DNA of 63,347 nucleotides, counting the filler, from Thraustochytrium aureum (lineage: Eukaryota): NCBI GenBank assembly GCA_012862495.1. It is 4 parts of one record of this genome, joined end to end, with 100 filler letters (N's around TTAATTAATTAA, not from the genome) between each part and the next. Parts side by side here need not be neighbours in the genome. Positions count along the whole stretch, not along the records: positions 32,195 to 59,796 come from BLSG01000172.1; 3 more parts are not named here. The stretch is one strand, 5' to 3'. This document shows, piece after piece, positions 35,645 through 48,310 of the stretch. The notes under the pieces were generated by a model that saw nothing but the letters and a program-made list of their open reading frames with translations, did not search any database and was not told the DNA's origin. The position numbers were made by a program, and so were the translations under genes. How positions within the stretch are numbered: the stretch's first letter is position 1; each line of letters begins with the position of its first letter.

Positions 35645-37998
35645 ATGTCGAGCTCTAATGAGCGCACGCACGAGCTCGCCGCGCTGCAGCGCTGGCTCAA
35701 AGAGGTGCTTGTGGAAGACATCTACGAGCCGCGGGCGACGAGCCACGAGGCACGCAGGCGCAGGGAAGACCTTGCCAAGAGGGCGCAGCTCGCTCGCGCC
35801 TGTGCACAGCCGCTCGTGGACCAGGTCGCAGCGCACTCGCCCCAGCTCGCAAGGCTCATCACGCAGGTCTTTGCGGCACAAGACCGCGTAATCCTGGATG
35901 CAATTTCGGCGTACCACAAGCAGCTGGCGACAGCTGAGCAGCTCGCGGAAAGCATGCACAACCTCGTTGGCTTTTCGGAGAGGCAGCTGCGCCGCAGCCG
36001 GCTCAAGACCGAAAGTCGGCTCGCCGCGCCGGCGAGCAAAAGGAGGAGCTCGAAAGCGCCCAAGTGGCCATGCGTATTCTGCGTGCCGAGCACCTCGAAA
36101 CGCGCAAAACGGCGTACGAGTATGAGACCATTGTGAAGGACTTGGCGAGCCGGGCCAATGACGACCTCGCGTGGTCAACCTCGACGGACTCTGGGGCCAT
36201 CCTCACTGAAGCAGTCGAAAACCTGGAGCTCGAACGACGCCGCAAGCTGAAAAGTCTAGACACGATGGACGCCCTTATTGACGCCTTTGAGGTCGACTAC
36301 ACCACGGCGATGGAGAACGGCAACTTTCGCACCAAAGCGGTCACTGCCGAGATTGGGTGCCAGTCGGACGAGGGCGAGCTAGCAGATGCGGACGTCCTGG
36401 CCCACCTTGTCAAGTTGCGCGGCAGGGTCTCCCAGGGCCTGGAGAGCTTGGACCCGCCCATGGCCATGCCCAAAAGGTGGCGCGTGGGCTGGCACATCCC
36501 TTTCGGGCTGCGGGTGCACATGTCGCACTTTCAGACAAACAAGCGAGTGCTCCCGCTTGGTGCCCTCCAGAGGACTCTGCTTCAGATCTTCAAGCTGAAG
36601 GTGGAGGGTGGGAACGAGGCGGCTGCTGTTTCTCTCGGCTCGGTCAAGGCGGCGTCGCCGTCGGCGCGAGGCGCCACGAGCGTGCCCGCGTCGCCGTCAG
36701 CGTCTGGTGGAACCGGCGGGGGGCAACCTTCCCAGGTTGGAAAGTGGTCGGTGCTGTCGGCCACCCCGTCGAGCCGCCCGGCCTCCGAGGTACCTGGGGT
36801 AACGATCTTTGTGGCTACATACCAGCACTTTTCCAACACGTACGGGCTCGACAAGCTGAGCGACTGGCACCTAGCAGAGCTGATCAACTCGACGGTGCAC
36901 CACATCGATCGCAAACGCGTTGCCTTGTATGGCTTCATGATGGGAATGACCGGTTCGATCGCGCTTCAGCAGCCAAATCCGCGCCCTGCCGGCGGAAAAC
37001 GAGGCTCGCAAGATGCTCTCGACGGGCTCTACGCGAGTTTTGAGGACGGCGACCGCCCATGCACGCGGTTCCTGTTCGATCTTCTGAGCCGCGTGTATCA
37101 GCTTGGTTTGCTCGTCGCACCTCTTGGCGGAGGCGACGACGTCACTCTGCCCAAAACGGTCGCGCTGCAACTCGTGAGCCAGCTATTGACAACATGGCGC
37201 GTCACGTGTGTTGGGGAAACGTTGCGCGGCGTCTCCCAGATCCCAGAGGTCGGCGTGGCCACCTCCGGCCAGCAAGTCGTCCCTAGCGGAGCCCCGCTGC
37301 CAGAAGCTGGAGCCGCACCGAAGGGTGCAGACGGGCGCGGAGGAAAACAGATCGCCCCCGAAAGACTCGGTGATGTGAGTGCCAGCAGCGTCGCCGTCGC
37401 CCAAGACGGCGCGGCGCTCGACAACAATCCGTGCATCCTGCTGGACGACATGCTGTACTTGTTGGCCGAATGCTGGCTCAGCCACGAAGCGGGCTGGACG
37501 ACCAGGCTCCAAGAGGTGTTTTTGGAGCATTGCACCGTGATGCGGTACACGAAGGGCGTCGTCATCCCTTGCGCGCAGATTTCGGCGAGTCACTCAGAAA
37601 AGCAGCGCCTCTTGGCCTCCCCAACAACCAAGCGCGAGGGCTACTTTGCGGTAATGGGGATTGAGCAGTTTCGCGACGCGCTGCGCGAGATGGGCGTCGC
37701 CGCAAACAAGCGCCAGTCGATGAATCTCTTTCAGAGCGCCGTCGCTGGGTTGCAAATGCGCAGAGAGCAGCGCAGCGAAGCGCTGTGGGCCAAGGCAACG
37801 AGCAACCGCCCGGAGGACAAGGGCCGCATATTTTACGTCAACCAGCTCACCAACCAGCGGTGCTGGGAAAAGCGCCCTCAGTTTGACACAGAGATCGACG
37901 AGCTTATGAGCCCGGCGCCGGACGACGAGATTGACTTGGAGTCATTCCTGCGCCTCGCGAAGGCGCAGATCTGGGACGCTCGCGAGGCCTCGCAATAG
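35645..37998 (+). CDS. Coiled-coil protein with axonemal-dynein-light-chain-like N-terminus, EF-hand-like elements and a WW domain; frameshift at ~36030-36060
   Basis: 'LVDQVAAHSPQLARLITQV' resembles the Ax_dynein_light core. The WW-like 'LWAKATS..DKGRIFYVNQLTNQRCWEKRP' lies at ~37783-37878. Confidence 0.55.
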
Positions 37999-38473
37999 CG
38001 CGCTGCGCAGGACAGCTGTTTTTTTTAAATGTAAAAAAGCAATCCAACGTCCCAGAGCCCTGGCGAGCGCCCGTCAAGCCCGAGTTGGTCCTGCTTTCCC
38101 TGGACGGCCTGCAGGCATGGGTACTCCTGGTGAGTCATAGGCTGGGTGACACTGCCGATGACATTGCCCGCCAACCTAACCTACGACCTAACTATTTCGG
38201 TTGAGCGTTTTGCACTGGTCACGGTCATCAGTCAGTCCCAAGACGCCAGTGCGCAATCGAAAGCAGGCGGGAGTCGCAAGGGCGCGGGAGAGCGCAGCAC
38301 GGCGCACCAGCCTCTGGTACGGCTGCGCGATACCGAGCTAGCTTGCTGGGCCCGTCCTCTCCAGTCGATCGACCTGCTGGAGCGGGCCGAGCACAAGGAA
38401 AAAGTCGCAAAATCTCGAAGGCGTGCCGCGGCAAGAGCCCCGCCACGGAGCCGCGCCGAAGCTGCTGGGCAAG

Positions 38474-39325
38474 ATGGTCGTGATTCTTGTGAAGAAGACA
38501 GAGGCGGAGCAGTTCCTGTTCGAAACGAGCTGCGGCGAGTCGAACGATACGCTGATAAGGACGCTCGTCAAAGTATGGAATATGCGGCTCAAGACGCAGC
38601 TACTCGCCGGCGCGCTGGAGGAGCTCGCCCTGTACGGACCGGCCAAAGCTGAGGCCGCCAAAGGTCTCGACGAGATCATGGATGCCGCGCAGGTCGCAGA
38701 GGGCGGATCCGCCCCGGACCGCGGCCCCAACTACAAACCCGACCCGTCAGGGAGCCGCACCGGCGAGGCACCCGCGCCAAGCCTCCAGCAGGTTTTGCAA
38801 AAGGTGGCCGAGGACGCCAAGCAGGCCGTTTCGTCCGCCCAAGTGAAAAACAAGCGCACTCTGACGGTGGAGCTGCTTCAGGAGAAGATCGATATCATGC
38901 GCGGCGCAGTGACGATGGCATACCCGCAAGGACTCCCAGCGTACGACCCGGTCCGCATAGCGATCGAGGACGCCGACCACTCGCAGCAGATTTACGGCGA
39001 TCAGCAGCTCGACCCAGGTACGGCCGAGCTTTGGCTCGCGTCGAAGCCGTTCCAGCGGGACCAGACGGTGGGCGATCGGGTGGGCCGCAATGAGAAGACC
39101 AAAGTGATCGCCAAGCTCCAAAACCCGGGCTCCGGCCCGCCGGCGCGCGAGCCTGCTGTCTCCGAGGCAGAGCGCAAGCAGATGATGGCACATTACTTTC
39201 GCAAGCAGGAGGAGATGAAGAAGCTGTCTGAGAACAACGCAGACGACTACCTGAACAGCTCGTGGGCCGACCCGTCTGCGCTGCGCCGCCAGCTCAACGG
39301 AACCGGCAACGTTCGCTTCCGCTAG
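38474..39325 (+). CDS. CFAP298: Cilia- and flagella-associated protein 298 (C21orf59/Kurly)
   Basis: 'QFLFET', 'DPSGSRTG.AP', 'YPQGLP.YDP', 'VGRNEKTKVIAKLQ..GSGPPAREP' and 'DDYLNSSWAD'. Confidence 0.93.
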   Translation: MVVILVKKTEAEQFLFETSCGESNDTLIRTLVKVWNMRLKTQLLAGALEELALYGPAKAEAAKGLDEIMDAAQVAEGGSAPDRGPNYKPDPSGSRTGEAPAPSLQQVLQKVAEDAKQAVSSAQVKNKRTLTVELLQEKIDIMRGAVTMAYPQGLPAYDPVRIAIEDADHSQQIYGDQQLDPGTAELWLASKPFQRDQTVGDRVGRNEKTKVIAKLQNPGSGPPAREPAVSEAERKQMMAHYFRKQEEMKKLSENNADDYLNSSWADPSALRRQLNGTGNVRFR

Positions 39326-39815
39326 TTCCGCCTATTGACACGGGCTCGATGCCGGCGAACCAGCTCGCTCGCTAGCCCGGCCGCCCGCTCGCCACGCAGA
39401 AGCAGCTCAACCGCGCAACAGAGGGCACCACTGACTCTCCGGTGAGTTGGCTCAGTATATGCAGAGAATACCCTCAATCAAGGTGCAAGTGCAGATCGCT
39501 CGCGTGGACATGACGCCGGGCTGTAGAGTACTCGAGTTCGACAGTACTCTACGTACGTAGCCAAACCCCAAACTTCCAAACCGCGCAAAGAAACGCAGAC
39601 CACGCAAAGAGTCGCAGATCAACGAAACCAACCTCCGCTTCCCGTGCCTCCGCTGCGCGCCTCCATGCGTCCACGCATCGACGACCAGGCCCTGCGGCGA
39701 GCCTGGCACTCGTTTGCAAGTCACGGATGGCAGCAGATGGATGGAGTACTCGTTAGGTTATGCGCTCGGCCTCCAGCGCCACCGCCAGAGCCTGACGAAG
39801 GGCAGGCGCGCACCG

Positions 39816-42800
39816 ATGGCGGGAGAGCGTGGCACCGAGGAGGTGCTGCGCGGCGCTCTGTCGGGCGACGAGCGCGAGCGCAAGCAGGCCGAGCGAGCGC
39901 TCGCGATCGCCGAGCAAGAGCAGGCGACGCATGCNNNNNNNNNNNNNNNNNNNNNNNNNNNNNNNNNNNNNNNNNNNNNNNNNNNNNNNNNNNNNNNNNN
40001 NNNNNNNNNNNNNNNNNNNNNNNNNNNNNNNNNNNNNNNNNNNNNNNNNNNNNNNNNNNNNNNNNNNNNNNNNNNNNNNNNNNNNNNNNNNNNNNNNNNN
40101 NNNNNNNNNNNNNNNNNNNNNNNNNNNNNNNNNNNNNNNNNNNNNNNNNNNNNNNNNNNNNNNNNNNNNNNNNNNNNNNNNNNNNNNNNNNNNNNNNNNN
40201 NNNNNNNNNNNNNNNNNNNNNNNNNNNNNNNNNNNNNNNNNNNNNNNNNNNNNNNNNNNNNNNNNNNNNNNNNNNNNNNNNNNNNNNNNNNNNNNNNNNN
40301 NNNNNNNNNNNNNNNNNNNNNNNNNNNNNNNNNNNNNNNNNNNNNNNNNNNNNNNNNNNNNNNNNNNNNNNNNNNNNNNNNNNNNNNNNNNNNNNCGAGG
40401 CTCGCCGGGTGCACGCCGTCGAATGCGCCATCAAGTGCGTCAAGGTGATCTCCCTCTTGGCCAAGCAGTACGACTCGAGCACGGTGGCCCTGCCCTCCCG
40501 GCTCGCCCACGTGGTCGAATTGCCGCTCAACGGCGAAGGCACGCCCGCCCTTATCGCGCGCGCGGCCTTCTCGATCCGCAAGTTCGCAGAGTGCTCGCTC
40601 TACATCTCCAACACCCCAGTGCCGCCAGAGTGGGCCCCCAAGCTGCTCGCCGTAGCCCGCACGTCTGCTGCTGACTCGGTCCCAGTCCGTTGCGAGCTGC
40701 TGCGCGCCCTGCGCGCCCTCATTCGCACGGGCCCCAGCTTTGCTGGGACAGCCCCCGTCGGACCAAGCGGCGCCACCTCGAGCGCCGGTGCATGGGACAT
40801 CGACCAGAGCTCGCAGGCGTGCTTTCAGCTCGCCGCCGAGACGCTCCGCGTTGCCGTGGGCCTGCAGATGAGTCCCGCGGCCGCCGCGGGGGGGCTCGAC
40901 GACGAGTACGACTCGGACGACGGCGAGCCGCGGGGCGCAACAGCTCTTACGGCCGTCTGCTTGGAGACGCTGCGCGACCTGATGCCGCGCGTCGCGGCCC
41001 GTCTCGCTTCGAGCGACCAAGTGCGCGGCGTGGTTGAGATCTGCGTCGCGGCGTGCACTAGCACGCGGGCGCTCGGCCACCTCTTCGCTGAGGACCCCAA
41101 CGAGTTTGTGGCGTTGCACGAGGACGAGAGCGCGCCAAACTTTCCGCGCCAGTCAGCGCCTGGTGTAATCGAGTCGTTGCTCGAGCTGTGGCCGGATCGA
41201 GTCATCGACGCGTTCGTGTCCCTCCCTGCAAGCGTCGAGCGCCCAGACCAGGCAGAGAGCACGCTGTGGCTGCTGGGAAACCTTTGGTTTGTGGCGCGCT
41301 CCGAGGACGGAACGCGCGACCAGCTCGCCAAGCTGTGCGCTCTTATTCGCCGCTGGATCGAGGGCTTGCTCTCCGACGACAGTGGCGCGCAGGCCCTGCG
41401 CGCGAACCCGATGCTTCGTGCGCGCCTCTTGTGGCTGGTTTGGGCGTGCTGGTCGGAGGACCTTGCAACCCCGAGGCTGTGGAACTTTGTTTTGGACAGC
41501 CTCACGTTTGGGGCGCAGGCTCGCGAGCCAGCCAACGGCTCCGAGCCCTCCTCAGGCGCCAACGCAACGCTTGTGGGGCGACAGGCCCCGGCGTTGTCGT
41601 CGGCCTGTATGCATGCCGAGCCTTCGCCCAGTTCTTGGACGGCTGGGCCTCGTCCATGGACGCGCCGTCTGTGGAGGACCTCTTCCGCCACGTCATCGCT
41701 GTTCTCCGCGCTTCCAACATCGACACCCTGCACATTTCGCTCGAGACAGTTCAGGCACTCGTGGAGCGCTTGTACGAGCGCCTTTCCGAATCATCCGTGG
41801 ACGAGCTTGTGCACATTCTCCTGGGACTTTGGGATAATGGCGATGTCGAGCACGACCCAATTCTGCGGGACGTCATCATCAACTGCATTGGGTTTGTGCT
41901 TCGCCCTTCACGGACCGAGCCCGCGCGGCGCTGCGCAGTCGCGCTTTCCCACCTTGCGCCTTCGCTGTTGCGCTGTGCGCTCGATACCCAGACTGACTTT
42001 ATTGCGTTTGAGCAGCTTGGCCCGGTCTTGCGCCCGCATTGCCGGTCCTGCGAGATCGCCTTCCAGGCGACACAGCTCGGCTTGCAGACAACCTGGACTA
42101 TCTGCGCGCGTGCGAGCGGATCGTTGGGCTGCACGACCCTGCGAGCGCCGTTTCGGACGCGTTGACGGCCTTGAAGCTCGCAGAGCACCACGTGGCCTCG
42201 ACGGGCCAGGGCGCTGCAGCAGACGGCGACGACCAGGCAGGGAGCACGGGGACTGCCTCGGATGCTGACGAAGACCTAGCCTGCGTGGTTCGCCAGCTCG
42301 CGGTTGACGCGCTCAGGAACGCGCGTTTCAAGGAGGACACTGCCGCGATCGCAGCGCTGGGGCAGGCCGCAGGGCCGCACCTGGTGGCGGCCTCGCTTCA
42401 GGGGCCAGACCTCTTGCTGGAGCTCGCGCTCGCCACTCTGCTCGTCGGAGACGTCTCATGGCTGCGGCTTGATCCCGCGAGCGCGTCCCAACTGTTCGAG
42501 TGCTTCGGGGCGCGCATAAACGGCGGGCCCGTTCTGCCGAGTGTGGAGCGCAAGTGGCTTTCAGCGGCCCTCGCTGCGTTTGCCCTCGTGGACGTGCGGG
42601 TGCTTGGGACGCCCGGGGTGTTGAGCTCGCTTCAGGACGCGCTTGCGCGCCCTTTCGACGTGGACCCGGAGGCGAGCGGGCGCGGGTCTGGCCCGAGCAC
42701 TGCGCGCCTACGAAGGGGAAGCCGGGCTGGCAGTGGGAGCGCCGACCTGACCTGGGGCACCGGGTCCCGCGGGCTTACCTCCCGTGGGCGCCGCGGGAGC

Positions 42801-43438
42801 AGCACGGCATCCAAGAGCGACACTGGGAGAACTTCTGCGACAACANNNNNNNNNNNNNNNNNNNNNNNNNNNNNNNNNNNNNNNNNNNNNNNNNNNNNNN
42901 NNNNNNNNNNNNNNNNNNNNNNNNNNNNNNNNNNNNNNNNNNNNNNNNNNNNNNNNNNNNNNNNNNNNNNNNNNNNNNNNNNNNNNNNNNNNNNNNNNNN
43001 NNNNNNNNNNNNNNNNNNNNNNNNNNNNNNNNNNNNNNNNNNNNNNNNNNNNNNNNNNNNNNNNNNNNNNNNNNNNNNNNNNNNNNNNNNNNNNNNNNNN
43101 NNNNNNNNNNNNNNNNNNNNNNNNNNNNNNNNNNNNNNNNNNNNNNNNNNNNNNNNNNNNNNNNNNNNNNNNNNNNNNNNNNCACTGGGAGAACTTCTGC
43201 GACAACAACCAACGGGCTTGCGCAGGACAGAGCGGAGGAGGACGACCCTATCGGTGCGCTCGACGACGATCCCTGGGCCTTTGCGCTCGACAAGGCGGAA
43301 GAGACGGAGCCAAGCGAGGAGGAGGAGCTCCTGTTTATCACGGAGGGGTCAAGGTTAGAGTATGTCCGCCGTGCCGAAGCGCTGCTTGAAATGGTGCTTG
43401 CTCGTGCGAGCGGAGCCACGGCCCTTCATGCGGCGTGA
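39816..43438 (+). CDS. Importin-beta-family HEAT-repeat protein (importin-9/Kap114-like); gaps and frameshifts
   Basis: IBN-like N-terminus 'EVLRGALSGDERERKQAERAL', 'EDPNEFVALHEDE...RQSA', 'PMLRARLLW' and an acidic C-terminus. Collapsing the duplicated flanks of the 42846-43182 gap joins the frame to the stop at 43438. Confidence 0.7.
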
Positions 43439-43938
43439 ATGGCTCTCGCCCAGACGTCTGTGGTTTCGGGCTCGACCTGGAGGGCCGACCAGCACGAACC
43501 GGTAGGTATAGTGGCGTGTGTCTCTATCGTTTCGGGGTCTGCTCGCGCTCTGCGGGATACCTACCATGCTGACGAGCTGCGCTTGGAGCTGCTTTTCGGT
43601 GTGGTTCCTGTTCGAGTTGAGGGACACCAGCTTCAAGCTGCGCGAGGTCTCGATTCTGAGGGCGACGTTGACCGATCTGAGCGGCGCGTGTGCCTACGGG
43701 TGCGCCTGCGTGTAGTAGTACGTAGCCAAAATGGAACGATTGGTCCAAGGGCGCTTCGCTAGAAAGAGAGCTGGCCTTGCATCAATCGCGGGAGACCTTG
43801 CTCTGGCCTCAAGGGCAGGGGCAAAAGGGGAAGCGCGGGGCCGGCTTGCGCCCGTGGCGCCCGATTGGTGGTCGCGCGCCTCGTGCTGGTGCAAGCAATG
43901 AGAATCGAGTGTTACAATACAACGGCCAGTCCTAAGGT

Positions 43939-45730
43939 CTACTTGATCATGTCGCTCGCATGCACGCCTGCCGACTGCATCCCGGGGGGCAACTGAGGCT
44001 CCATCCCACGCCGGCCTACCACAGAGGCCTCGTGCGTATGAAAAGCGAGGATGTACATTACCCACAAGTGCAACATGAAAATGTAGAACAGAAAAGCCAG
44101 GCGCGCCAACGGCTGCTGGTAGAGCACCGAACCCGTTGCGAGACAGATCTGGTCGATGGCGTCGATTGCCTGCGCAGCGCCCTCGTACTGCGCGATCGGG
44201 CCAAGCCGGGCGATTCGCCGCGCAGCAGCCTCCTGGCGCCGCCTCACGCGAAGCGAGATGTTGCCAGGCCCCGCGCCTCGCCCACCGTCGCCACCCACGC
44301 CGGCCTCGACGTCGTGCAGGCTGGCCCCGGGCACAGCGCCTGCGGCGCTCTGCACCATCCGCAACTCGCGAAACTGCTTGTCGAGGTTGGTGAGGCGTTG
44401 GCGCAGCGCACCCTTCTCGCTAGTGAGCAGCTCGATCTGCCGCTGCTTGGCCACGAGGTGCTCGGAGAGTGCGCTCAGGCGCTGCTCGAGCGCGGCGACG
44501 CCTTGAACGTCGTCGCGCTTTTTGATGTCTTCGAGCTGCTGGTTCAGCCGAGCGACCTCGGCGCGGTGCTGGTCGCCCTCCAGCTGGCGGCGCTGTTCGA
44601 GCGACTCGTACCGCTCCGTGAGTCGACCGAGATCCGCCTTGACGCCCTCGAGCTCTTGCTGCATGACGTAGCCGCGTTTGCGCTCTTGCGCGAGCAGCTC
44701 CTCGGCCTGCCGCTGCAGCTCCTGGGCTTGATACAGGTCCTCATGCTGCGCGTCCTGGTCGCCGAGCGAGGCTTCGTGCGCCTGCAGGCTGGCTTCTTCG
44801 GCGACCTCGATCTTGCGCTGTTGGGAGGCGAGCTCGTTGCTCAGCTCCGAGTTGAGGTGCTCAAGCTCCGCGACGCGTCTTTCGGCCTCGTGGAGCTGCG
44901 CCGCATGCTCCCGGCGGGCGAGTTCGGCTTGGTCCTGCAAGCGCTGCACCTCGCCTTCCAGCTCAGCAACGCCCGAGTGCCGCGCGGTCGATGCCTTGTC
45001 GAGATCTGCGCGAAGGGCCGTGAGCTCGTCGGCCAGCTTTTCGTTCTCCGCGGTGAGCTCCTCACAGTCCTCTTCAAAGTTGCCGGCCGCCTCCGTGAGC
45101 TTGTCTACCTTGGCCTGCAGCTTGCCCAGCTGCTCGTCCTTGTCCCTCACTGCGCGCATCAGCTCCTCCTCGCGTGCGTGCATCAGGTCCTCGAGCTCGT
45201 CTTTGTCGCGCACAAGCTTGGCTTCGCGCTTGGCCGAAACCTTTTCGGCTCGGACGAGCGCCGCCTGCGCGTCGTCCAAGTCGGCTTGCATACGGACCAT
45301 CTGCTTGTCCAGGACGTCGAGCTCCTTCTCGAGCGCTTCGACGCGCCTCGACTGCACCGACTTTGAGCCCACGGATTGCGCCTGCGCACGCTTGCCTGCG
45401 CTGCTCTTCGGCTCTTGCGGCGCTGGCGGCGGCGTCGACTTGGACTTGCTGCTCTGCGCTCTCGACTTGCCCGAAACGCTGCTCGACTCTGATGCAGACC
45501 CTCTCGCGCGCCGCTGCTTGTTGGCTGCGCGCTGCGCGCCCTCGGTTTTATCGACCGGGGGTGAGCCGACGGACCCGTCGCTGCTTCGGGCGGTCGCTGG
45601 GGTTGCGGCGCGGTGTGGCGTCGATGCGCTGTCGTCGCCCCAGTCGCCGATGCCATCGTCGCCATCATCGCTCTCGCCGTACTCCAAGGCTCCGAGGCCA
45701 GCGTCCAAGGTCGCCGCGCTCCAAATCACC
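43939..45730 (-). CDS. Golgin-84-like coiled-coil tail-anchored protein; 5' end in gap
   Basis: Long coiled coil, 'LEQRLSALSEHLVAKQRQIELLTSEKGAL' and TM 'PLARLAFLFYIFMLHLWVMYIL'. Confidence 0.85.
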
Positions 45731-46492
45731 TNNNNNNNNNNNNNNNNNNNNNNNNNNNNNNNNNNNNNNNNNNNNNNNNNNNNNNNNNNNNNNNNNNNNN
45801 NNNNNNNNNNNNNNNNNNNNNNNNNNNNNNNNNNNNNNNNNNNNNNNNNNNNNNNNNNNNNNNNNNNNNNNNNNNNNNNNNNNNNNNNNNNNNNNNNNNN
45901 NNNNNNNNNNNNNNNNNNNNNNNNNNNNNNNNNNNNNNNNNNNNNNNNNNNNNNNNNNNNNNNNNNNNNNNNNNNNNNNNNNNNNNNNNNNNNNNNNNNN
46001 NNNNNNNNNNNNNNNNNNNNNNNNNNNNNNNNNNNNNNNNNNNNNNNNNNNNNNNNNNNNNNNNNNNNNNNNNNNNNNNNNNNNNNNNNNNNNNNNNNNN
46101 NNNNNNNNNNNNNNNNNNNNNNNNNNNNNNNNNNNNNNNNNNNNNNNNNNNNNNNNNNNNNNNNNNNNNNNNNNNNNNNNNNNNNNNNNNNNNNNNNNNN
46201 NNNNNNNNNNNNNNNNNNNNNNNNNNNNNNNNNNNNNNNNNNNNNNNNNNNNNNNNNNNNNNNNNNNNNNNNNNNNNNNNNNNNNNNNNNNNNNNNNNNN
46301 NNNNNNNNNNNNNNNNNNNNNNNNNNNNNNNNNNNCAACCCGAAAGGTCCGTTGAAATGTTTCAACTCCGCAAGCTAGACTCCGAGCAAGCGTCCAAGCA
46401 ACCAAGCGGCCAGGGTCGTCGCGGCCAGGGTCGTCGTGGCCAGGCACATAGCCAGGGCTCGCGGCGTCGGGCTGCGCTGCGCCCAGTCTACG

Positions 46493-48161
46493 ATGCGGCG
46501 CGGCACCGGCATGGACGTCCTCGAACGTGTCAACGAGCTCTGCCTTCGCGCAAGAGTGGCAGCCGGAGTGCCGCTCGAAGCCGGGGCGGAGGAGGCGTGC
46601 AGCGCGTTCAAGTTGGCGGTAGAAGAGGAGAGGGCGAAGCTGCGAAAACGCCCAGCGGAAGCGGGCCAGAAGGACCCCGACAGGGCGCTGGCCTTGCTGA
46701 GCAAGGCGGCGTTTTTGGCGCCAGAAGAGGCCGCCGTGTTTTGCCAGCGGGCGAGCCTGTACCTGGAGCTCGGCGACCTAAAGGCCGCAGGACTGACACT
46801 GCGCAGGGCGTTGGCATTGCGGCCGGACGTGTCGGCGATCAGGCAGCGACTGGCCGCTGTCCTAGACGCCCAAGGGTGCCTCTATTTGGAGCGCGGCGAC
46901 CTCGTCCATGCCCTGGCGCTATTCGACGAGGTGATCGAACTCGAAAAAACGCGTACCGGTATACTGGATGCACCGGGCGCTGACGCACCTCGAGCGCGGG
47001 GCCTGCAACCGGACGCTATCAGACCTCGGCGCGTTTCTGGACCTCGACAACACGAACGCACAGGCACTTATTCTGCGGGGCAAGCTCCTTTGGAAACTTG
47101 GCCTAAGCGACCGCGCGACGCGAGACATGGCCAGGGCAAAAGAGCTGCTGCCGCACCACCCTGAGGTAGAGCGCTTTCAAGGGGCGCTTTTGGTTGAGGC
47201 GCGGTCCGAGAACGCCTCGGCTTCGCGCAGCATGATGTTGGGGGACTTTGAAGGGGCGCTCAAGATGCTGCGCAAGGCGCTTCTTGTAAACCCGGGCGAC
47301 CCGCGCCTCAACCTCCTGGCTGCCTCTGCTAGTCGGCAAGTGGGCCGCCTCGACCAGGGCAGCAAGTTCGTCGAAGCGGCGCTGGCAGCGCACGGGCTCA
47401 GCCCGAGCGGGGAGCACGTGCCGGGCGTGGCGAAAGCGTCGCCGATGGCGAAACTTGAGCTCGAGGAGATCAAGCGCGAAAAGGCACTTATTCTCAACGA
47501 GCGCGCTGTCCTCCTGCTCAGCAAAGAAGGCGGCGCGATAGGAATCGAGAAGGCGCTTGCACGCCTCGACGAAGCCATTTCGCTGTGGGCCAAAGGCGCA
47601 GTGCTTCACGCACACAAAGGCGACTGCTTCCGCCTCAAGGGCATGTACGCCGAGGCACTCGAAGAGTACTTGCTTTCGCAGCGACTCGACCCTGCTGACG
47701 TCTCGGTAGCGGCGAGGGTTGCCATGGTGTACTATTTGCAAGGCCAGGCCGCGTTCAATGCTCGCGACGCCAAACGCGCCGAAGAGCTGTTTTCGTCCGC
47801 CATCGCAGCCAACGGGAGGGTCGGCGAGTACTATGCGAACAGGGGCATTGCGCGGTCGTCGCTCAAAGACACGCAAGGTGCGTACAGCGACTTTCGCTCA
47901 GCCTTGCGGCTCGACCCGACCAACGCGCGGCCCGCTCTTGGCTCGCGGCATACCGTTTGGATGTCACCAGCGACGAGCCAGCTGTTCCTGCGCTCGCCCA
48001 GCGCTCTCGACGAGCAGAGGGCACCCTCCCAAAGCTCGGTTCACCAAAGGGCCTTGCAGGGCGGCGCTCCCGCCCGGGGACATCGGGAAACCCCAAGCCG
48101 CGCCACGTACGCGACAGCGCGTGGCAGCCCTGGTAGGGAGAGCAATACTGTTGGGCAATGA
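46493..48161 (+). CDS. TPR-repeat protein (TTC16-like?); frameshifts at ~46960 and possibly ~47930
   Basis: Multiple TPR units, e.g. 'EYYANRGIARSSLKDTQGAYSDFRSALRLDPTN'. Confidence 0.8.
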
Positions 48162-48310
48162 GGAACGAGGGGCAGAAAATGCAACTCTAGCGCGGCGCGA
48201 GCCCGGCGGGGAGGCACTGCCGAACAATTGCATGAACGAACGCGTGCGTGTATGGTACAAAGTGAGAAACCTAACGAACTGCCTCTCACGCCTGCGGCTC
48301 GCCGTCGCTG

